A DNA stretch of 64,000 bases from Camelus dromedarius (GCF_036321535.1 NC_087437.1:66466001-66530000), one strand, 5' to 3'; counted from the first letter of the stretch, positions 1 to 12,155 are shown. The notes: generated by a model not told the origin, from the sequence alone. Program-made: numbers and translations.

Positions 1-318
1 TGCAGCCCAGCGCCCAGACCGAATGTGCCCCCGCTGCACGGCACCCAGCCCGACCCTGACTGTGCACACGGCTGTTCCACCACCGATGGCTTCAGGAGGG
101 AAAATATGATCGTGAGTAGAAACCGTCTAAAACAACTGTGGTTAAATGTCTTGGAAATATTACAAAAGCAAATGACGTGGGGAGGAGCACGTGTGAGTGA
201 GGCCCAGACACCTGAGTTCCTTCTGCACTGCTCCTGTTTTGCCTATAAAACTACACTGATGTATGCATGAGCCATACATATATATAACTTGTAAAACTAC
301 ACACATATATGTATAAAA

Positions 319-342
319 CACACACACACACACACACACACA
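319..342 (+). repeat. (CA)12 microsatellite
   Basis: Direct reading. Confidence 0.95.
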
Positions 343-1589
343 ACCGAAAAGCCAAGCCACAGAGCCCACTGCAGCCTCCAGGGGACCTTACATCTCAGAC
401 CAGTGGACAGAGCCTTTACTGCCCTGTCTCCTCTGTGTCACGTGTCGATGCTGATGTCTGGCCCAAACTCCCGGATCAAAGAGGCTAAACAAGAAGTCCT
501 CGGGGTGGCTCATTTTGTAGATTGGGCTGGGTGGGACTGCTTGTGGTCCACCCCGCCTGCCTCCCTGCCGCACTGTTAACCCTCCATCTTGCTTGAGTGG
601 CAAAGACGGAGGCTCACTCTTCCTTTGGCAGCTGTGAAGCTGGGAATGGGGAGGGAGTGGGCTTTGGCTGGAAGAGAATGTGTTGGCAGCAAGGTGGGAG
701 GTAAGGTGAGAGGTGGGATTTTGAAAAGCACAGAGACTGAGGAAAGCTTTTGATAGAAAAAGGGATGCCTCTCCCCTCCCCTCCCGTCAAAAGAAGACAG
801 GTTGTGTCAGATAAAATGCCAACATTTGTGAGGCAATTACACAAACGGTGTCACATGCGCGTGTGTGTGTGCGTGTTCGCAGCCTCCCAGCTCTGTCCTT
901 GTGAAGGAGACTCATACACTCGCCCTGCCCGACCTTGCTGGAGGAGGACGCTTGGTAGGCCTGTCTCCCACAGCTGCCCTCAGAGGGGGTCCTGGTTGGA
1001 CCAGGTCCAGGCACCAGAACAAAGGGTCCATGGGCTTCCCGGGGCCTGGGAGGGATGGTGTAATTGCTCTCTCCCAGGGACTAGGGGTCCGCTGACCCAT
1101 TCAGATCCTCTCCTAGTGAATCCAAATGTCAGGTATACAGACAGGGCCAAATTAAAGGGCCCGCTGGCTGGGCTGCTGCCTAGGGAGCCAATATATCCAA
1201 AGGGCACTAAAACATTATTGGAATAAATCAGTACTGAGGTAAACCAGAAATTCTTTCCTTTCCTACCAAAGTAGTCATCACCCTGAGGAGGAGATTTACA
1301 ACACTCCTTAACGACGCAGACCAGCCCCTGTGGAGTGATCGGGGCCCCCATATGCCTGTACACAGGGCCGTTCCAGCCAACCACCTGGGACAACCCTGAA
1401 CAACGTACTGAAATTGGCAGGCAGAACCAGAAACATAATGTGCAGTGTAGGGCTGTCTGCAGGGAATGAGTGGATTCTAATTATCTAAACACTTTTGCTT
1501 TCCAAGTTGTCTGTTTGGAAAATTGCACAGAATAAATGACTTATTTGACTACAAAATACACGATACACATTTTGTATGAAAAGAACATC

Positions 1590-2605
1590 ACTTGCCAACA
1601 GTCACGTGAAGATGTTCAGCATCACTAAGCACTAGGGACATGCAAATCAAACACAAGGAGACTGCGCTTCACACCCATTATGATGGCTGCTGTCACAAAA
1701 ACAGAAAACAACAAGTGATGGCAAGGATGTGGAGAAATTAGACCCTTTGTGTATTGCCGGGGGGGAAAATACAATGATGCAGCCACTATGGAAAACAGTA
1801 TGGAGGTTCCTCAAAAAATTTAAAATGGAATTGCTATATGGTCCAGCAATTCCAATTCTGGATTGAAAGCAGGGTCTCAAAGAGATATGTGCACACCAAT
1901 GTTCACACCAGTGTTATTCACAACAGTCAAAAGTTGGAAGCAACCAAACTGTCCATCAACAGATAAATGGATAAACAAAATGCAGCATATACATACAATG
2001 AAATATTTTCAGCCTTGAAAAGGAAGGTAATTTTAACACAGGCTACAACATGGATGAAACTTGAGGACATTATGCTAAGTGAAATAAGCCAGCCACAAAA
2101 GGATAAATACTATCTGATTTCACTAACAAGTAGTCAGAGACACAGAAAATAGAATGGTGGCCATGTACAGCATGGTGACTGTAGTTAATAATACAGTATT
2201 ATTTATTTGAAAGTTACTGAGAGCAGCTCTGAAGCATTCTTATCACACACAGAGTTAACCATGTTCACTTTGTGAAGTAATGGATGTGTTATCTTGATCT
2301 TGGTAATCATTTTACAATGTATATGTATGTCAAATCATCACATTGTACACTTTAAATATGTACAATTATATTTGCAACTGTTTTTTTCAATAAAGTTAAA
2401 AATAAGTAGAATGGTGGTGGCCAGGGGCTGGGGGAAGAGGGGAAGAATGAGTCATTTGATGAGTACAGAGTTTCAGTTTTACAAGATGAAAAAGGTCTGG
2501 AGAGCGATTGCACAACAATATAAACATACTTAACATTACTGAACTGTATACTTAAGTGGTTAAGATGGTACATGTTATGTTACGTGTATTGTATACACAC
2601 AAAAA
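1590..2605 (+). mobile_element. Old L1 3' end (L1MB-like) interrupted by a nested L1 tail at 2161-2403
   Basis: ORF2-end and 3'UTR motifs (CAGCCACTATGGAAAACAGTATGGAGGTTCCTCAAAAAA; ACATGGATGAAACTTGAGGACATTATGCTAAGTGAAATAAGCCAG); TSD aa(a/g)tagaatggtgg around the nested piece. Confidence 0.85.
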
Positions 2606-2964
2606 TCACGTGTCCTTAAATAGATGTTGATCAAATATTTAGAACATTAAAGGAGAAGCCAAAATATTAGACCGACATGAGTGCCCACACATCTCAGCCC
2701 TGCCTGGTCCGGGAGGTGCTGACACAGAGGAGGCTGGTCCGGAAGCCAAGAGGAGCTGTGAGGAGGCAGAAGCTACCAGGCAAAGAAGTAGAAAGCGAAG
2801 TGGCAACAGTGGTTGAAAGCACTACAATGAGGAGTAAAAAGATAACCAGGGCAATTGAGCTGCATTTGATCCTAAATGACCTTAGTTTTTGAACCACATT
2901 TGAGTCTCTGTGAGGCCTGGGTCTGCCTCCAACTCTCCACACCTGCTTCAGAAACCCCACGGCT

Positions 2965-3140
2965 TCAGTTAACCCTGAGCACGTGCTTGTGATCTAGAAT
3001 GGAGATTTAGTGTGCATACAGATCACCTGCGGAGCCTGTTAACATGCAGATTCCAAGCCCTGGGTCTGGGATGGGCCTGAGTGCTTCCTGCATTTCCCAC
3101 TAGTTCCCGGCGGTGCTGGTCGGCTTCAGAGCAGCAAGGA
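2965..3140. mobile_element. MER5-like hAT DNA transposon remnant
   Basis: ATCACCTG.GGAGC.TGTTAA.ATGCAGATTCC...TCTGGGATGGGCCTGAG motif. Confidence 0.6.
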
Positions 3141-5712
3141 CCTACGAAATCACCAACCACCCAGACAGAAAATCAGCAGGACACCAAAAGGATGCGATGG
3201 AGAAATGACCGAGCGGCAGGCAGAGGTTACGGTAAGAAAAAACATCTTTAGCGTTCTAGAAAATAGAGGCAGTGATCAAACACACGGGAAATGGCTGGCA
3301 TCAAAGTTGTTGTTTAAAGTCAGTATATATTTGGGGGTGAGACAGCGCCTTCCCAGAAAAAAGGTGTGGGGAAGAGATGCAGATACATTTAATCTTCAAA
3401 TGAGTCAAATCAAAAGGCTTTTGAACCAGGCTGCTGAGATTACAGGGAGGAAAGAGTGGGCAACTTGGAGTTGAAGCAACAGTAAGTCTAAGTGAAAGGG
3501 GAAAATGGTAGAAAAATCACCGTCTTAGGAATGGAAACTATTGGAAACAGTGGGATTATTTTATATATTTTATGATGTGTCTTATCTGTGTATATTTAAT
3601 ATGTATATCTTACAATATGTATATATCCACACACACACGTGTGTGTGTGTATGTGGCCAGAGAGTAAAGAGGGAAAAAAAGCAGGTAAAAGGAAATTATA
3701 TAAGAATCGAATTTCTAAGACGTTAATGGTGAAGCTTATAAAACTGTTGGACTGCTTTGTTCAATGAAGGGAGCAGTCTGGTAAACATATTAACTCACAT
3801 CACAGAGGTTTTGTTGTTTACAAAATGATTTCAAAATCATCTTCGCATGTGGAGGTGCTGTGAGGTGGGCGGAGCAGGGCTTGTCCCCAGTTGAGCCGGG
3901 CGGGCAGGACATACTGTTCCTTTAACAACTGAGGAAACTGGGGCTTCCAGGTGTGTCCAAGGCCACACAGGAAGTAAGGGATAGAACTTTTTTTCTTTCC
4001 CCTTTGTTCTGATTCTTTCTATAGTGCAAATAGATATACTAAGTTAAATTTTTGTCACAAAACTTATGAGGATAAAATTTTTTTTTAAATGAATCAAATA
4101 TTCTGAACAAAAGTCTCCCCTTCCTTGACCCTGGCATGGGACTAACACCCAGAGAAAACTCAGCAAGAGTCACGTTGTGTTAATTTAAATATAAGAGGTC
4201 AGTTGCTATCTTCGGGGGGGCAATAAATGAAATTTGACCTTTGTGCTTTCGAGATGCAGTCATCAAAGAGGTCAGAGGGTTCATTCCTAGACATGGGTCA
4301 GCCCAAGTCAAAAGTACACCTTGTCTGCTCTTCCAATATTTAACAAGGTGCAATGACCTCTGATTTAATTACCTGTCTCTTATACACATGTGAAGTTGGT
4401 TCTGTAATGTTGCCTATAGTTTTATAGTTTGCGTCTTTGGAATTTATGGAGACCCAGGAGAATTGTTTCATACATTTGAGGGAGTTGGCTATGTCTCTTT
4501 ATCTTAATTTTCAGTTGGGTATTTAGCTGGTTATCTCAATGTTTCACAGATGTTGAGGAGGTATGGCAGGTGGAAGAGCAGGTATCGGATGGTAGAAAAT
4601 TCTTCCCAATCCCCTTCAAATCACATCTCTTAGAAGGCCCCTGTGTGCAAGAAGAGTCCCCCACAAACTCCTTTGTCATTCCCAGGTTGTGACCAGGGTA
4701 CAACCCCAGCCCCAAAGAATCCTGTGGAGGTGTCTCCAAGAAATATGTGTTCATAGTATGAAATAACAATGGTTTAAAATCACGAACATGACAAGAATAC
4801 CTAAGACATCTAAATGTGAATGGTTCCCCTAGAATTGTGCAGAATTGTGAATTATACATACACAATTGTATACATCAGCCCTGAGACTATCCTCTGTCTT
4901 TGCTATAATTTAGCGTTGTGCTGGAAGGCCAAGAAAGGGCAATAAGACCAAAAAAAAGGCAGTGTGAAATTGAAAGGAAGGAGCAAAGCCCTTGTTATAC
5001 ATATACAATATGGTGTCTGCCAACAAATCCCAAAGGAATCAAGAGATTCGAGTGAGGTGACCAGACAAAATAACAAAACATAAAACAAAAACAGATTTTC
5101 TATATATCAGTAAAAAATCAATTAGACGCAGTAAAGCTATAGTGGAAATTGGCTCAGGAATAGGAAATAAATACAAAGTAACAGAGTATACAGGAATAGA
5201 CATGGAAAAGAGAGAATTTACACATGATAGAGGTGACATTTGAAATGAATAGGAAAAGGACAGACTTTTCAATCAATGTTATTGGAGTAACTAATAAAAA
5301 TATGTTCCAGGTGGATTAAAGACTTACTTTTTAAAAGATAAAAGTATTAAAAGAAAGTGTGCTAAAATATTATCATAATCTTGGCTGCTGAGAAGACTTT
5401 CTTAAATAAGAACCAAAGAGCAGAATCCATAAAGGAGAAAATTAATCAATCCAACTACATCAAAATAATAATAGTGAAAACAATATTAGTAAATACTTCT
5501 ATTGACTAAAAACATGATGTAAACCAAGTTAAAAACAGTGTGACAGACTTAGAATATTATATGTCTATCAAACGGTTAGCATCGAGAATATTAGACTCCT
5601 ACAAATGAGCAGAAAAACATAACCAGTACAAAATGAGCTAAGGATATGAATGGGCCATTAAGAGGAAATACAATGACGAGAATTATATAAAGAAATGCCC
5701 AACCTCAGTAGT

Positions 5713-6067
5713 TGTGATGGGTTGACTTGTGTCCCCCAGTACCTCAGAATGTGATTGTATTTGGAGATAGGGCCTTTAAACAGGTAATTAAGTTCACACA
5801 GGGTCGTTAGAGTGGGTCCTGACCCAGTATGATGGGTTCCTTGTAAGAAGAGGAAATTTGCACACAGAGACACTAAGGATGCCCTCCCAGAGGAAAGGCC
5901 ATGAGAGGACACAGAGAAGGAAGCCACCTGCTAGCCAAGGAGAGAAGCCTCAGGAGAGACCAAGCGTGTGGACCCCTTAATCTTGGACTTTTTGCCTTTC
6001 TTGTGAGAAAAGAAATTTCTGTTGTTTAAGCCATCCAGTCTGTGGTACTTTGTGGCAAACTAATATA
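5713..6067 (+). mobile_element. MLT1-type (MaLR) solo LTR inserted in an old L1 fragment (about 4900-6690)
   Basis: TGTGATGGGTTGA...CCTCAGAATGTGA.TGTATTTGGAGATAGGGCCTTTAAA...GGCAAACTAATA; 5-bp TSD gtagt/ttagt. Confidence 0.85.
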
Positions 6068-6774
6068 TTAGTAATCAGGGAAATTTAAAGATTTTTTTAA
6101 ATGGGTTACTATTTTCACTCATCCAACTGGAAAAGTAATCAGATGTTTAATACATAGTAAGTAGTAGAGTGTGGACGAACAGTAACTATTCTCTGCTGGG
6201 GAGGAGTATAAAATTGGTGCAGGCACTGTGGAGGGAGATCTGACAGTATCAAAAATTAAGGTGTAGACAGGGAGAGTCACTGTAGCATTGCTGGTAAGAG
6301 TGAAAAATTGGAAGCAGATTAAATATTTATCAAAAAGGAAATGGCTAAATGAAAATATTGTACTCTGTGGAATACTGTGCCGTGGTTAAAATTAATGGGT
6401 TAAAGCTGGATAGTGATACAGAAAGTCCCCATATGGAGTATGGATATGGAACATTGGAGTGGAAAAAAGGAATAATAAGAATGTGTAGTTTATTAGGACA
6501 TATATGAATGTGTGACTGCAAAGGAGACCCTCTGGCAATACACACACCAAACTGGTGAGAGCAGTTACTTTTGGGGGAACAGGGGATCGGCGCTGGCAGG
6601 GTGGCTAAAGGAGAGTTTAGCTTCATCTGTATTGCTGTTTCATTTTACAAGGAGCGTGTAATCATGCATTACATTTATAATTTTAAAAAGCTATTACTTA
6701 CTAACAATAGTTTTGTGGTTTTCTATTATGTTTATCCCATGATAATTGAGGGACAAGTTGATAGGTTGAGACTA

Positions 6775-6988
6775 AGAGTTGGCAAATTTTTCCTGTAAAA
6801 GATCAGATAGTTAGCATTTTAGCTTTGGGAGCTACACTGGCTCTTTTGCAGCTACTCAGTTCTGAGGCAAAAGCAGCTACAGCTAATACTGTATAATGAA
6901 TGAGCATGGCTGTGTTCCAATAAAACTTTATTTATAGAAAACAAATAGCTCACATTTGGCCTGTGAGCCATAGTTTGCCAACCCTTGG
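6775..6988. mobile_element. MER58A-like DNA transposon
   Basis: Terminal inverted repeats GTTGGCAAA...TTTGCCAAC; internal CATGGCTGTGTTCCAATAAAACTTTATTTA. Confidence 0.8.
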
Positions 6989-7457
6989 TTTAGACTAAGT
7001 TTATTATATAGCTAAAATATATTTTAAATCAGTTATTTTTGGCATATGGAAAAATAATCTTTCCTATTAACCAACTAATTAAATAAGCAGTAGTCTCCGG
7101 GAACTTGATTAGAATAATTTAGACTCTGGCCATATCATTAGAGACCAAACCCAGTGGAGATAATCTAGTTACCTTGGCCATCTCGGTGGTGACCATTGAC
7201 TTTCCCAGCAGCAGAGTCACACAACCATTCCTGGGATGGGGGGTAGTGCCTGCCACAGCTGACTCACTGAGTCAAGGTCTGGTGGCCTCAGAGGTGACTC
7301 CTGACCATCCCCAGATGTGGAATTGCCTTATGGCAAAGTCTCTGGCTATAGCCTCAGCCAGGCTGGGCTGTGAGGTGGGGAGGAGGGCTTGGTAGCGCTG
7401 AGCACATGTAGGAGAGGCTCAGTTCTATGGGACAATGCCTCTCCTGGCAAAATTCAC

Positions 7458-7600
7458 TGCTCCAAAGCCAGCTCAGTCCCAGGGCTATGCAAGGTGTGGG
7501 TGGTCTAGGAGGGACCCCTCACTGAGGGTGTGAGGCCCTGTGACTGCCACACTGCTTTGTCTCTGCCTCGGTCCCCAGGGTCTGCCAACACTAACTCAGT
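7458..7600 (-). other. NR1I2: Homolog of human NR1I2 alternative exon 1b (PAR2 isoform); reading frame not intact here
   Basis: GTGGCAGTCACAGGGCCTCAC...GAGGGGTCCCTC...CTGAGCTGGCTTTGGAGCA|gtgaat aligns by eye with human ATGACAGTCACCAGGACTCAC...GAGGGGTCCCTC...CTGAGTTGGCTTCAAACCA. Confidence 0.65.
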
Positions 7601-7981
7601 GGGCTGAGAGGGACCAAGGCTAGGGTGTTCCCAGCTCCCACAGTCCCAGACCATGATATTTCTTGGATCAGGAGACTCCAACTCTGCAACTAGGAGGGGG
7701 CTGATTGTACGTACGGCCCATGGCAATTCATGTAGGACTTTGATTATTTCTCCAGGAGGCAAGTGCAGGTGTAGGAAGCATCGTTAATGAGACAATATTA
7801 AGTGATTGCCTTCATGATTTTTTCCATCCTGGAAATGTGGAGAGCAGCAAGGCCAACATGATAGACACCCCAGTGGGATGCTTGACCTCAAATGAAAGGC
7901 ACATTTGGGTTCCGACACCTTTTTCACAGGGAGCTGGAGGCAGTCTGCCCCCAGCAAAAGAGAAAGAAAGAAAAACCATAC

Positions 7982-8260
7982 CTGCTTGGTGGTAACTTTG
8001 CTCTGACTTCTCCTTTGGAGTCCACTTTGAACAATCAGGAACAAAGAATCAATCAAAACATCAGAATCCCTGAAGTAGCTGCCTTGTAAAAGACTGGAGC
8101 GTTGGCTTAATCTTTTGTTTTTCGCAGGAGTGAACACTTCACTGCAGGGAGAGACTGCGGTTCCCGCTGAAGTCAGGGCAGTGCTTCCTTTTCCCTGTCT
8201 TAGTCATAGGTTATTATTTCCCAGGGTCTGTGCCGACCTTGTTTCTCACCATCTCAGTCC
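7982..8260 (-). other. NR1I2: NR1I2 (PXR) non-coding exon 1a; transcription start approximate
   Basis: Minus strand ...GATTGTTCAAAGTGGACTCC...AGCAAAGTTACCACCAAGCAG|gtatgg closely matches the recalled human NR1I2 5' UTR end (...CCACCAAGCAG); synteny downstream of CFAP91. Confidence 0.85.
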
Positions 8261-8303
8261 GGGTCAGATGTAGGCTGTAAGTGGCCCCCATCTGGCACTC
8301 CTA

Positions 8304-8316
8304 AGTCCCAAGTCCA
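8304..8316 (+). promoter_or_regulatory. DR1 element AGTCCC-A-AGTCCA, candidate HNF4A site in the NR1I2 promoter
   Basis: Direct repeat of nuclear-receptor half-sites spaced by 1 nt; HNF4A is an established activator of PXR expression. Confidence 0.6.
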
Positions 8317-8913
8317 GCGCTTGAACTAGCAAACGACCAGATTACCATATTTACTCTCACTATGTGCCCCCTCTTTTTTTCCCTCAGATGACTTCCTTGT
8401 AGAACACTGGAGAAAGGGACAAAGGTTGCTGGTAGTATCTGCTTTGTCTAATTCTGAGCAAATGTCATGCATCCGAGGGTCTCTGCACTTTAGCTCCTGG
8501 GGCGAAGTTAATTTGAATTTAGATCTCCGAACACTTCTTCCTTTGTCTAAGCCACCTTCCTGGATAGTGTTATTTGACTTGAAACCTGCATGTTTGTGTA
8601 AGAGAGAGACAGGCACACAGGGAGAGAGGGAGAGGGGGAGATGAGGGGGCTAAGCACAGCTCATGAGAGTATGACCCGGCCTCAGGACGGCTGGCTGACT
8701 GGGAGCAGGGAGAATGGACCATGGGGAAAGGTTATAAGGATTCTTTCCCCCATCAGGCCCTGCCAGGAGCCAGCAGCCCCTCACTCTCAATCTAGTCCTT
8801 TGTGCTCCCAGCAACAGCTGCTGATGGCTGTTCTAGCTCTCGAGGGAAAAGAGTAGACAAAAGCCCAAAGCGGTGGGTTTCATAGGATGTGTTTCTTCCA
8901 CTTGCTTTGTTTT

Positions 8914-9117
8914 GTTTTTTGATTTTTTTTAAATTGAAGTATAGTCAATTTACAATGTTGTGTTAATTTCTGGTGTACAGCATAGTGATTCATATACATA
9001 TATATACACACACACATATATCTATGCATATACAGAGGGAGAGAGTCCTTTTCGTTATAGGCTATTATAAGGTATTGCATATAGTTCTCTGTGCTGAACA
9101 GTAGGACCTTATTGCTT
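8914..9117 (-). mobile_element. 5'-truncated L1 3' end inserted in the NR1I2 promoter
   Basis: TTGAAGTATAGTCAATTTACAATGTTGTG...CAGTAGGACCTT tail sequence; 15-bp TSD at 8899-8913 and 9118-9132. Confidence 0.85.
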
Positions 9118-9959
9118 CACCTGCTTTGTTTTTAAGATGCTTTATGGCAGGTGTGGGGAGTGGACTAGGTACATGCTTCAGATAATAGTAAGCAGGGTCC
9201 TGGTCACAAGGAGAGAGAGAGAGAAGGGGAGGAGGGGGAGAGAGGAACTTTTGAGTAGACAGGTGGGAGAGAGAACTAGAGGTTGCCCCCAGATTATTAT
9301 GGTGATCTTCATGTGATATTTTGGGTTTCCTTACACTTACTTCCTGATTTAAATTGTTTTTATCTTGAACACATGTCTTAATCCAGCCCTCCTGATGAGA
9401 AAAGCAAGGATAACTAACTATGGGGTTTGTTTTTATTTGTTTTTTGCAACCCACCCCCCACCCCCCAGAGGTTAAGGAGGATTTGGGTCTGGGATTTCCT
9501 AGGGGTCAGCATTTCTCAAGTGGTTGCTTGCCTTGCTCTTCCCAGCCAAACACAGAGAATAAGGCAGCTCACACACTCACTGTGAGAGACCTGCCACCAG
9601 CACTGGGGACCGGGGCCCGTCTTTCAGCCAAGCTTCTGACCATCCAAAGGGGATTCTGCTGGAACTGGGAAGCACTGGATTATATATCCCATCGATTGGG
9701 AAGTTGACTAGGGCCTTGGGCAGGAAGGACCTAGAATATGTGAAATGCTGGATTCAGGTCCCAGTTGAAGCAGCTTCCCTAGTCTGTCCTGGGGGCTGTA
9801 TGCTGGGCCAGGTAGCACCTCTGACACCCTGAGAAGGTATGACCAGAAAGTCATGACTACAGCCACAGAGGGTTGGAAGGCTGAAAATGGTTAGGAAATG
9901 TTATGTCCAAGATTAGAATGTCATCCCAGGAAATGTTATTTCCAAGATTAGAAGTAGGT

Positions 9960-10250
9960 TTTTCTGGGAGCACAGAGGGTTAATACTCTTACATGGAACT
10001 ATAAGGTGGATTGTATGTCATTATACATTTACCCAAACCCATAGAAGGTACAACACCAAGAGTAATGTAAACTGTGGACTTTTGGTGATTATGATGTGTC
10101 ACTGGCGGTTCCTTGATTGTGACAAATGGACCGTTTTGGTGGGGATATTGATTATGGGGGAGGCTGTGCATGTTAGGGGCAGAGAGTAGATGGGGAATCT
10201 CTGTACCTTCCTCTCAATTCTGGTGTGAGCCTAAAACTCCTCTAAAAAAA
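9960..10250 (+). mobile_element. Old L1 3' UTR fragment
   Basis: TGTCATTATACATTT..CCAAACCCATAGAA...CTCTGTACCTTCCTCTCAATT...CCTAAAACT motif. Confidence 0.75.
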
Positions 10251-11124
10251 TTGTTGTAGTCTTTTTTTTTTTTTTTAAAGGAGCCCTTTTTGTAAGGATA
10301 GGCATTTCTGGGTCCAGGAAAAAAAGGCAGATCCCAGCTCAGGTAGGGCAACTTGCCAGAAGGCCTTGGGTCACGGGCAAAATACATAGCTTTCATTTCT
10401 CAATCCCTCCTGGCTCATAAGGGCCTGGCCTTATTGCTCTTATAAAAATGGTGAATTATTTACAGCAGGAACAGGAAACTAAGAACACGGTATAAAAACC
10501 ACTGAGGCAAAGAAACTGTTCCCAGGTTTCTTCAGGGACCTTCTGGATCCCTTTTTCTCTTGGTCTCGTGTGGTCCCAAACCAGAAGACAGGGGGAAAGG
10601 CTGTGGGCTGCCGGGCCTCCCACGGCTGTAAGTGCAGTTTTAACTTAAGGCACAGCTCTAAGCTAAGAAACACCCAGAAAGTACACTCTGGTTATTAAGG
10701 ACAGCAACACTGATGCCCCCAGATGAGGGTCTGAGTCAGCCTCAGGCACAGCTGGGAAGGAGGAGAGATTTGAGTCCCTGACCTCCATTCTACTCTTTCG
10801 CAGCCAGAAACGTGGAGCTCTTAAGCCACTCGACAAGCAGATCCGATAAGCCCACCGAGTCTCCTTAGTGTGAATTCACTTAATGTTGTACCTCCCTCTG
10901 AGGAATATTTATATTAAAAAAACAAGCAAACAGTACAAAAGGAGTGATGAGTGGGCAGGGAATCTTGCCTGCCATTCCACTTCCACAAGGATCAGGTCAT
11001 TGGCCGCTGTAGCAGTGCGCCCTGAGGGGAATTCAGGATGGAGAAAAACAGGAAACGTCTGTGCTTCCCATACTTTCCATAGAGCCCTCCACAGTTAAGA
11101 TGCAAATCTAAGGAGTAATTTTAA

Positions 11125-11375
11125 TGAGTCCAGACTCTTGCATCTTCTCAGACAGAGAAAAGCACTAAATTCATTAACTTAAGATGTCTGTTCTTTGTGA
11201 TTGGCAGTAATCTTTTGATGTTTGACCACATATTGATTTTTTTCCCCCCAAGCAGAAAACTCCTCTATATCCTGGCTCCTCCCTTACTGCTTCAGAGTAG
11301 TTCCTCAGAGCTATCTGAGAGGCTGTTTCTGGGCTATAGTCCTCAGTAAGATCACCAAATAATGCTTTTTTTCAC
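11125..11375 (+). mobile_element. ERV1-type LTR fragment (MER34/MER39-like)
   Basis: AGACTCTTGCATCTTC...TTCCTCAGAGCTATCTGAGAGGCTG...CTATAGTCCTCAGTAAG...AAATAA. Confidence 0.65.
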
Positions 11376-11782
11376 CAATGGTATAAACTCAGGTCGAGCT
11401 TAAGGAAAATAGGTGTTTCTCAACCAGTCAGGTGTTCCTCTCAAAATCTCTCAGGATTCCAGTGGGGTGTGCTCAGGTCGGCCCCTTGATAAGGGGGCAG
11501 CAGGGTGAGATGTGGAGGTGCAGCTCTGCTCCCATGAGGCAGTCTTGAAGGAACCCCCTCCCTTTTTGTCCTTGGGTGGAGATAGTAGAAAGGTACCCAA
11601 GAAGATGAGGAATAGGAACCTTTTCTTTGAAAGTGGTCCTATTTTTTCGTAAATGGAAGCAGTGACAAGAGGTTTCCCTTCCTAGAAATGGCAGGTTCCA
11701 GCAACCGGCAGGGGGTGGGGGGCACTAAAACTGAGCTTCTGCTCTTCCAGACCCTATAATTGCTCTGAAGTGCCACCAGTCA

Positions 11783-12155
11783 TGATGGGGACCCGACAGT
11801 CAGAGCAAGGCAAGCAGAGGAGTGAGGAATTCAAAACAAAGAACTCGAAAAGACCTTGAGGAAGACCGATAAACCAGATGTGCTGGGGCTCTGGTTTACA
11901 CCTCCCCTTCTCTTTTCCTTCCCATGTACAAACAGGATTTCTAGATAGGAGTGAGCATGTGCGCTGGCGAACTGGAAAAATTCCATGGGGTGGGGTGCGC
12001 ATTAAAAAGCCCTGACAGCCACCTGCAGAGGCGGTTCCTTCGCTGACCACAGAGGTCCTGTCCCTCTGTACTGTTTCTTTAACTAATAAAAAGTTGTCAC
12101 ATGCTGTGAATTCTTTCACCAAGGACCGTGGGTCATTGACCCCTTACCCACGACA
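11783..12155 (+). mobile_element. Solo LTR (373 bp), ERV1-like
   Basis: TG...CA termini, perfect 4-bp TSD GTCA, AATAAA at 12085-12090. Confidence 0.8.

Larger units (their letters stand above)
8260..9700 (-). promoter_or_regulatory. NR1I2: NR1I2 proximal promoter / upstream conserved region
   Basis: Several blocks match the recalled human upstream sequence, e.g. TGCTAGTTCAAG.GCTGGACTTGGGACTTAGGAG, CCTGCCATAAAGCATCTT, CCACTTGAGAAATG..ACCCCTAGGAAATCCCAG. Confidence 0.75.

Noticed and set aside
750..1393. ORFs of 137-158 aa near the left edge as NR1I2 coding exons
   Set aside because: No zinc-finger or PXR N-terminal sequence; exon 2 must lie outside the window.
3628..3650. Palindromic (CA)n-CG-(TG)n hairpin
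   Set aside because: Ordinary compound microsatellite.
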